Source: the human T2T-CHM13v2.0 reference genome, Homo sapiens. Taken from it: a DNA stretch of 64,000 nucleotides. A model generated the notes under the pieces. The model was not told the DNA's origin. It saw nothing but the letters and a program-made list of their open reading frames with translations, and ran no database searches. Position numbers and translations under genes: made by a program. The DNA is taken from assembly GCF_009914755.1 (NCBI RefSeq), contig NC_060929.1; one strand, 5' to 3'. Shown here in pieces: positions 58,550 through 64,000 of this stretch. The stretch's first letter is position 1. Every line of letters begins with the position of its first letter.

Positions 58550-59028
58550 TGTAAGGTCCTCTAAGCTGGCCGCACCATGGTCAAGCCATCATGACATCCC
58601 CCTGCCCTTGTGATAATGTACTTTGTGATATTCCCCCGTCCTTGTGAATGTACTTTGTACGATACATCCTCCCCGCCCTTGTGAATGTACCCTGCCCTTG
58701 TGACAATACACCCTCCCCGCCCTTGTAAATGTACTTTGTAACACCCTCCCCACCCTTGTGACAATACACCCTCCCAGCCCTTGTGAATGTACTTTGTATG
58801 ATACATCCTCCCCGCTCTTGAGAATGTACTTTGTAACATCCACTCCCTGCCCGCAAAAAAACTGCTCCTAACTCCACCACCTATCCCAAACCTATAAACT
58901 AATGATAATCCCACCACCCTTTGCTGACACCTTTCTCAGATTCAGCCCACTTTCACCCAAGTGAATAAACAGGCTTGTTGCTCACACTAAGCCTGCTCAG
59001 GTGGTCTCTTATAGGGACACATTTAACA
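58550..59028 (+). mobile_element. Solo LTR of the HERV-H family (LTR7C-like), 479 bp
   Basis: TG...CA termini, 5-bp TSD CTTTT (58545-58549, 59029-59033), U3 tandem repeats, TATAAA 58893-58898, AATAAA 58964-58969, LTR7-type U5 (ttgttgctcacac..aagcctg..ggtggtctctt). Confidence 0.88.
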
Positions 59029-59089
59029 CTTTTTATACAATTGCTTGTCTAGACCTAGATGCTTTATTCAGCTTTACTTAGGTATTGAT

Positions 59090-59900
59090 TGACACTATGT
59101 TGTCTTTAAAACAATTTTGCAAGAAAGTTCATGGGTGCCTGTCTTTCCTGTTAATGCATGTTTAAGAGGATTTTCCATTACCTGCAAGGCAGACAAATGT
59201 TCCCATTATGTAACCCTCAGAGGCATTTTTCACCTAGAATGGAATGTTTGTGGTACCTCCAGAAGCACAACTCACCATCATTCTCTGTGAAGGTGTCCCT
59301 GGAATTATGCCCTACTTAGAAGGTTATACAACTTTGGGATCACACTTTTCCTCACTCACAATTCTGAAGAAATCATTCAGTTACCTCTGACACTGAAAAC
59401 TGCAGAATAGAATTAAAAAGCCAGATTGATATATCCCTCTTGTAAGAAAATTACTTTCCCAGGTGAGAACTATTGTAAAAATAACAACCCATACATTAGC
59501 TCCTAGTTATCTCTCTTCTACATCTATTGCCTTTTTTTCTCTCTTCTGCTTTATTTCTTCATACCAGTCCCGTTTATTTCTGCACTATTTGTCTGCTTGA
59601 TGCTTCTAACATGGTTTCATTTCAGCAATAGCTATTTTTTTCTTTTTTTTTGAATAATCTTTGCCAGCTCATTGTTACTCCTTTCATGCCTCCTCTGTCC
59701 TATGATTTCTTCTTTGATTTCATTTTTGCTCATAATTTTAAACTTACTCAAGTTACAAAAAAATTGTTAACTTTCTCTTACATCACCTGGGGGTAATTTT
59801 ATTTTTCTGTGGTTATACTTTCTCTGCCTTTTGTGTATTTGTGTTTTTGTGTTCCTTTATTCTCTTTCTGATTTCTTTGTTTCTTACTTTTTATGGACAA
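59090..59900 (-). mobile_element. Old L1M fragments
   Basis: T-rich antisense L1-like sequence (ggttatacaactttgggatcacacttttcctc). Confidence 0.45.
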
Positions 59901-60196
59901 TGTCAACCCACTATCTTTAAACATTCCAGTTTATTACTTATTTTTGAATTATGGCAACCTTTTCTTGGCCTGACTTTTGCTTGGTAACAGATTGGGGAGG
60001 GGAGCAATTCTAAGTATGAAAAAAAGTGAAGGCAGCTGGTAGCTGAAAATGTAGTTCTTATGCTACCCACCCCCCAACCCCTGACATTATTTTCTCCTAT
60101 TGGGACTTGTCCTTCATAGAGCTTCATCTCTCCTGTGTCCCCTCATGTCTTCAGAACTCAGTGTTTCAGTTGAGGATTCTGGCTCAGGAACCTATC

Positions 60197-60410
60197 TACC
60201 TTCCTTCCTTCCTTCTTTCCTGCCTTCCTGCCTTCCTGCCTTCCTGCCTTCCTGCCTGCCTGCCTTCCTGCCTGCCTGCCTTCCTGCCTTTCTTCCAGTC
60301 TGCCTTCCTGCCTGCCTGCCTTCCTGCCTTCCTGTCTTCCTTCCTTCCTTTCTGCCTTCCTTCCTTTCTCCCTTCCTCCTGCCTTCCTTCCTTCCTTCCT
60401 CTTCTTTTTT
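60197..60410. repeat. (CCTT)n/(CCTG)n mixed polypyrimidine repeat
   Basis: About 210 bp of interleaved CCTT, CCTG and CCTTCCTG units. Confidence 0.95.
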
Positions 60411-60619
60411 CTAAAATGAAATATGCATAATGTATGATATCTGGGAAGATACGTGTAAACTCACATATCTCCTTCATGAGTTTGTGCTGATTTATTTCCT
60501 AGTATTATTGTAAATGGAATTTTATTCGCAATCCTCTTGTATTTTTGGTTCATTTTAGTGTTTCCAGGAAAGAAGTACAATAAAATCAACATTGTGAGAT
60601 AATCATAACAGTGGTTTAA

Positions 60620-62350
60620 GGGAAATCCCAAAGATGCAAAAATGTTTACTCTTGACAAAGTTCAACAGTATTCTTAAGTAAAAAAAAAAAATCTTTGCAG
60701 ACCAGAAATAGTGGGGGAAAGCCCTCAATTTGATCAAAACAACAACCAAACATCTACCTAAAAATTATAATCAAAACCTCAGCATGCTTTTCTGGGGGGG
60801 TAAGGGGCCTGACTTAATGGACAGTGGATTCTAAAATTTATATCGAAATGCACAGGGCTAAGAAGAGCAAGCAGTCTTAAAGGAAGAGAATAAATCTGGA
60901 AGACAGCCTACCAGATAACATGGTGGACTAGAAAACTGCAGTCATAAAGATTGTGTGGTATCCACATAAGGAGAGACAAAAAGAACAGTGGAGCAGAAGA
61001 GAATCCAGACATGAAGCCACACATACACCTGATTTACAAGAAACATGACACTGCAGTGCAGAGGGAAAGATAGTGCCTTCACCTGTTGAAAAAAAATGCA
61101 ACGTGACCCCAGTTGCGAAAAAATAAAAAAAATCAACTCCATCTGGAGTGAAGGGCTAGATGTGAAAGATTAAATGAAAACGCTTATATGCAGCACATGC
61201 ATGACCTTGGAGTAGCCAAGGCTTTCTTAAGCAGGACACAAAATGAGCTAACCATAACAGAATATAAAAAAAGTTATAAATTGGGCCATATTAAAATTGG
61301 GAAATTCTGTTTACCAAAGACCCCATCAGGAAAGTGAAAGTACACTAATGGGAGAAGATATTTTCATTCTGTCTTTCTCTGTATATGTGTTAAGTCTGAA
61401 ATGCAATGTAATATGACATTAATAGGCAACCCAATAGAAAAAGGGTAAAATACTTAACAAGCACTGCACAAAAGAAAACAACCACATGACCCATGTGGCC
61501 AATAAATAAATTGGCAAACGATTGATATAGTTTGGCTGTGCCCCACCCAAATCTCATCTTGAATTGTAGCTCCCGTAATTCCCAGGTGTCATGGGAGGGA
61601 CCTGGTGGGAGGTAACTGAATCATGGGGGCAGGTTTTTCCCGTGCTGTTCTCATGATAGTGAATAAGTCTCAGGAGATCTGCTGGTTTTATAAAGGGCAG
61701 TTCCCCTGCATATGCTCTCTGGCCTTCTGCCATGTAAGACGTGTCTTTGTTCCTCCTTCACTTTCCATCATGATTGTGAGGCCTCCCCACCCATGTGGAA
61801 TTGTGAGTCCATTACACCTTTTTTCCTTTTAAATCACCCAGTCTCCAGTATTTCTTCATAACAGTATGAAAATGGACTAATACGACAATCAACTTCACTA
61901 CTCACCAGGGTACAAAATTTTAACCACTATAGGGTGCCACTAAGTACTCATCATTAGAATGATTAAAATTCAGAGAGACAGATAATGCCCAAAATTGGCA
62001 AGTATTGGGTGTTATTGGAACTTTCATAAAACTGTAAGTGGGAATATAAAATGTTAAAATAAATGTGACAGTTGTGAATTTCTTCTAAAATTCTTGATAA
62101 ACATACTCTGTTTCTCAGCAATTCTACTCGATAATGCCACAAACTAAAAAATGTGCACATAAGCACACCAGAAGACATCTCCTATAATGCTGTCAGTCCC
62201 AACTGAACACTACAGAAATGCTCAGTCACTAGAATGAATATAGTATAGTACACGTACACAGTGAAATACTATTCAGCAAAGTAAATAAATCATGTATAAC
62301 CAGGCACACTATTATGACTGAGTCTCACACACATAACAGTGAGCAAGCTG
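60620..62350 (+). mobile_element. Old L1M ORF2/3' remnants interrupted by THE1
   Basis: gattctaaaatttatatcgaaatgc..atgggagaagatattt..cagcaattctactc..gtgaaatactattcagcaa. Confidence 0.75.
61523..61884 (+). mobile_element. THE1 (ERVL-MaLR) solo LTR, probably THE1C/D
   Basis: tgatatagtttggctgtgccccacccaaatctcatcttgaattgtagctccc...gaaaatggactaatac; 5-bp TSD acgat/acaat; inserted in an older L1. Confidence 0.9.
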
Positions 62351-62366
62351 CATTTGCTGGAATATA

Positions 62367-62422
62367 TTAGGCTGGTGCAAAAGTAATTGCAGTTTTTGCC
62401 ATTATAGCAAAAACCAAAATTT
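62367..62422. mobile_element. MADE1 (Hsmar1 mariner MITE), partial
   Basis: ta-ttaggctggtgcaaaagtaattgcagtttttgccatta followed by a partial inverted arm gcaaaaacc. Confidence 0.85.
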
Positions 62423-64000
62423 TTCTGTATGTATATTCTACTTTTGAAAAGGTTCTAAATTATTTTAAATCCTAGATTTTTGAAAGCTATAACAGGCATG
62501 CATGTATGAAAACAGGAATATTATTTACTTACTAAATGTTCTTGATTTTAAAAAATCAATTTCAAAGGTTTCTAGCAATATTGTTGCCAATTTCCTTTTT
62601 AAAGAAAATGAAGGATTTTTACTTTTTACAAAATAAAAGTAGAACTAAAGTATAAAGGAATCACTATTTGCTGTGGTATCATTAACTTTAAAATAATTGA
62701 CTATGCTGTGGCCCTTTGGACAAATAATCCAATCTTTTGGACAAAAAACAAACAAATATACACACACAAACAAAACCTACATGTTCATGATGTCCATGTC
62801 CTGGCAATTTTTATCTACTTATATGGACAGAGGGGTGGAAGAATAAGTAGCATTAACACAGAAAAGCTTTAACATGAAATAGGTGACTTGGTAGTGATTT
62901 ACAAATAAGTTAAAGTTAACATTTAAAATGTTTATGCTAACAAAACTTGATATTTAGGAGAGACTTTAAAAGACATGACTCCTGAAATTTTGGCTTCTTA
63001 TTTTCTGATAATCAGCATTTCAGTGTAAAACTGTGTAATTCTATTTATTATCCTTCCAGACGCTAAGGTATAAAATTACACACAATTGACAGCCAAATTA
63101 CTGCGTCTGCCTTCCAAGGGACACGGGGAAGCTCCAACACAGATTCTTTTGCAATTAAATCCTTGCAAGGAGTAAGATTTTTAGGGCCAGCTCAGCTTTT
63201 ATCTGTAATCCAGCAGTTATCGCTGCTGAAATGGATTGCAGGAGGTGGTAAGGAAAAAAATGGGAAAACAGGATGAGGAAGGAAGTCAAACAAACAATGC
63301 TGGACTTTTGCCTAGGGGCCTTGTAGTGACAAGTACTCAGATGCAACTGAAACCCCAGTGCTGCCTGCTGCTGCACTAAACTCTTGAAACCAAGTGTCAG
63401 ACAGACTCAAAAATAGAACCATTGGTACTAAGAGACTAGATGTATATGTTATCACACACTAGCTAATATCCCTGAATCCAGTGTAAATTCGAAGTCTGTA
63501 CTAGCAGTGTAGGGTATATTAAATCTATTAATAATATATATTCTGGCAGGGTATAAACCTCTTATTTGAGACCTCACAAGCCTTTCTTCAATCTGTGCCT
63601 CAAACTAAAGCTCATGCAATGACAGATGAAGAAGACAAAATCATTTCAGAAGTAGCTCTCTACCCTGGCATGAAATTAATTTCACTGTATTCAAAGCAGG
63701 GTTTCTCAAATGGAATGTATAGTTGACCATCTCGGTAATAGTTCAGCTTTAAACCCATTGGCATACCTGATGTTGTAAATTATCAATCCATGAAATTCAC
63801 ATGCTTTTACATTTTTGGGATTAAAAAGCTTGAAGACAGCAATTTCCATCCAGTTATCAAATACACAACGACAACGATTGCCAGAAAATTAACTTAGAAC
63901 ACACTTTTTAAAACACATTAATTAATTAGAGGTAAAGAAACACATCTGCTATATGGAATCAGCACCACTGCCTCCTAAAATGCCACAATGCACCAGTTTT

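Noticed and set aside
58590-58850. Repeat-spacer-like array resembling CRISPR, and overlapping ORFs 58561-58917
   Set aside because: These are the U3 tandem repeats of a HERV-H LTR bounded by TG..CA and a TSD; there are no unique spacers or cas genes, and the context is eukaryotic.
60100-60477. Three low-complexity ORFs (LPSF/PACL, GRKE)
   Set aside because: Translations of the CCTT/CCTG repeat.

Overview
Human (or great-ape) genomic DNA, AT-rich and dense in Alu, L1, L2 and MIR repeats, lying inside the large introns of CTNND2 (delta-catenin, minus strand). One coding exon is recognisable: 33041-33153 (-), 113 nt, [37 protein letters not shown](S), which I recall as canonical exon 3 encoding the N-terminal coiled coil. 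A probable internal alternative first exon/promoter sits at about 56915-57014 (-). It carries a G-quadruplex motif and a uATG, with a (CA)n repeat and an intact HERV-H-type (LTR7C-like) solo LTR upstream. The most striking unexplained structure is a 213-bp inverted repeat (41147-41359 / 42292-42504, 211/213 identical, 932-bp spacer) built from an ancient MIR SINE, which implies recent inverted duplication or arm-to-arm gene conversion. No supplied ORF is a credible gene, and there is no prokaryotic system or CRISPR array. Gene, isoform and repeat-subfamily calls come from recalled sequences, not database searches; boundaries of old repeats are approximate.
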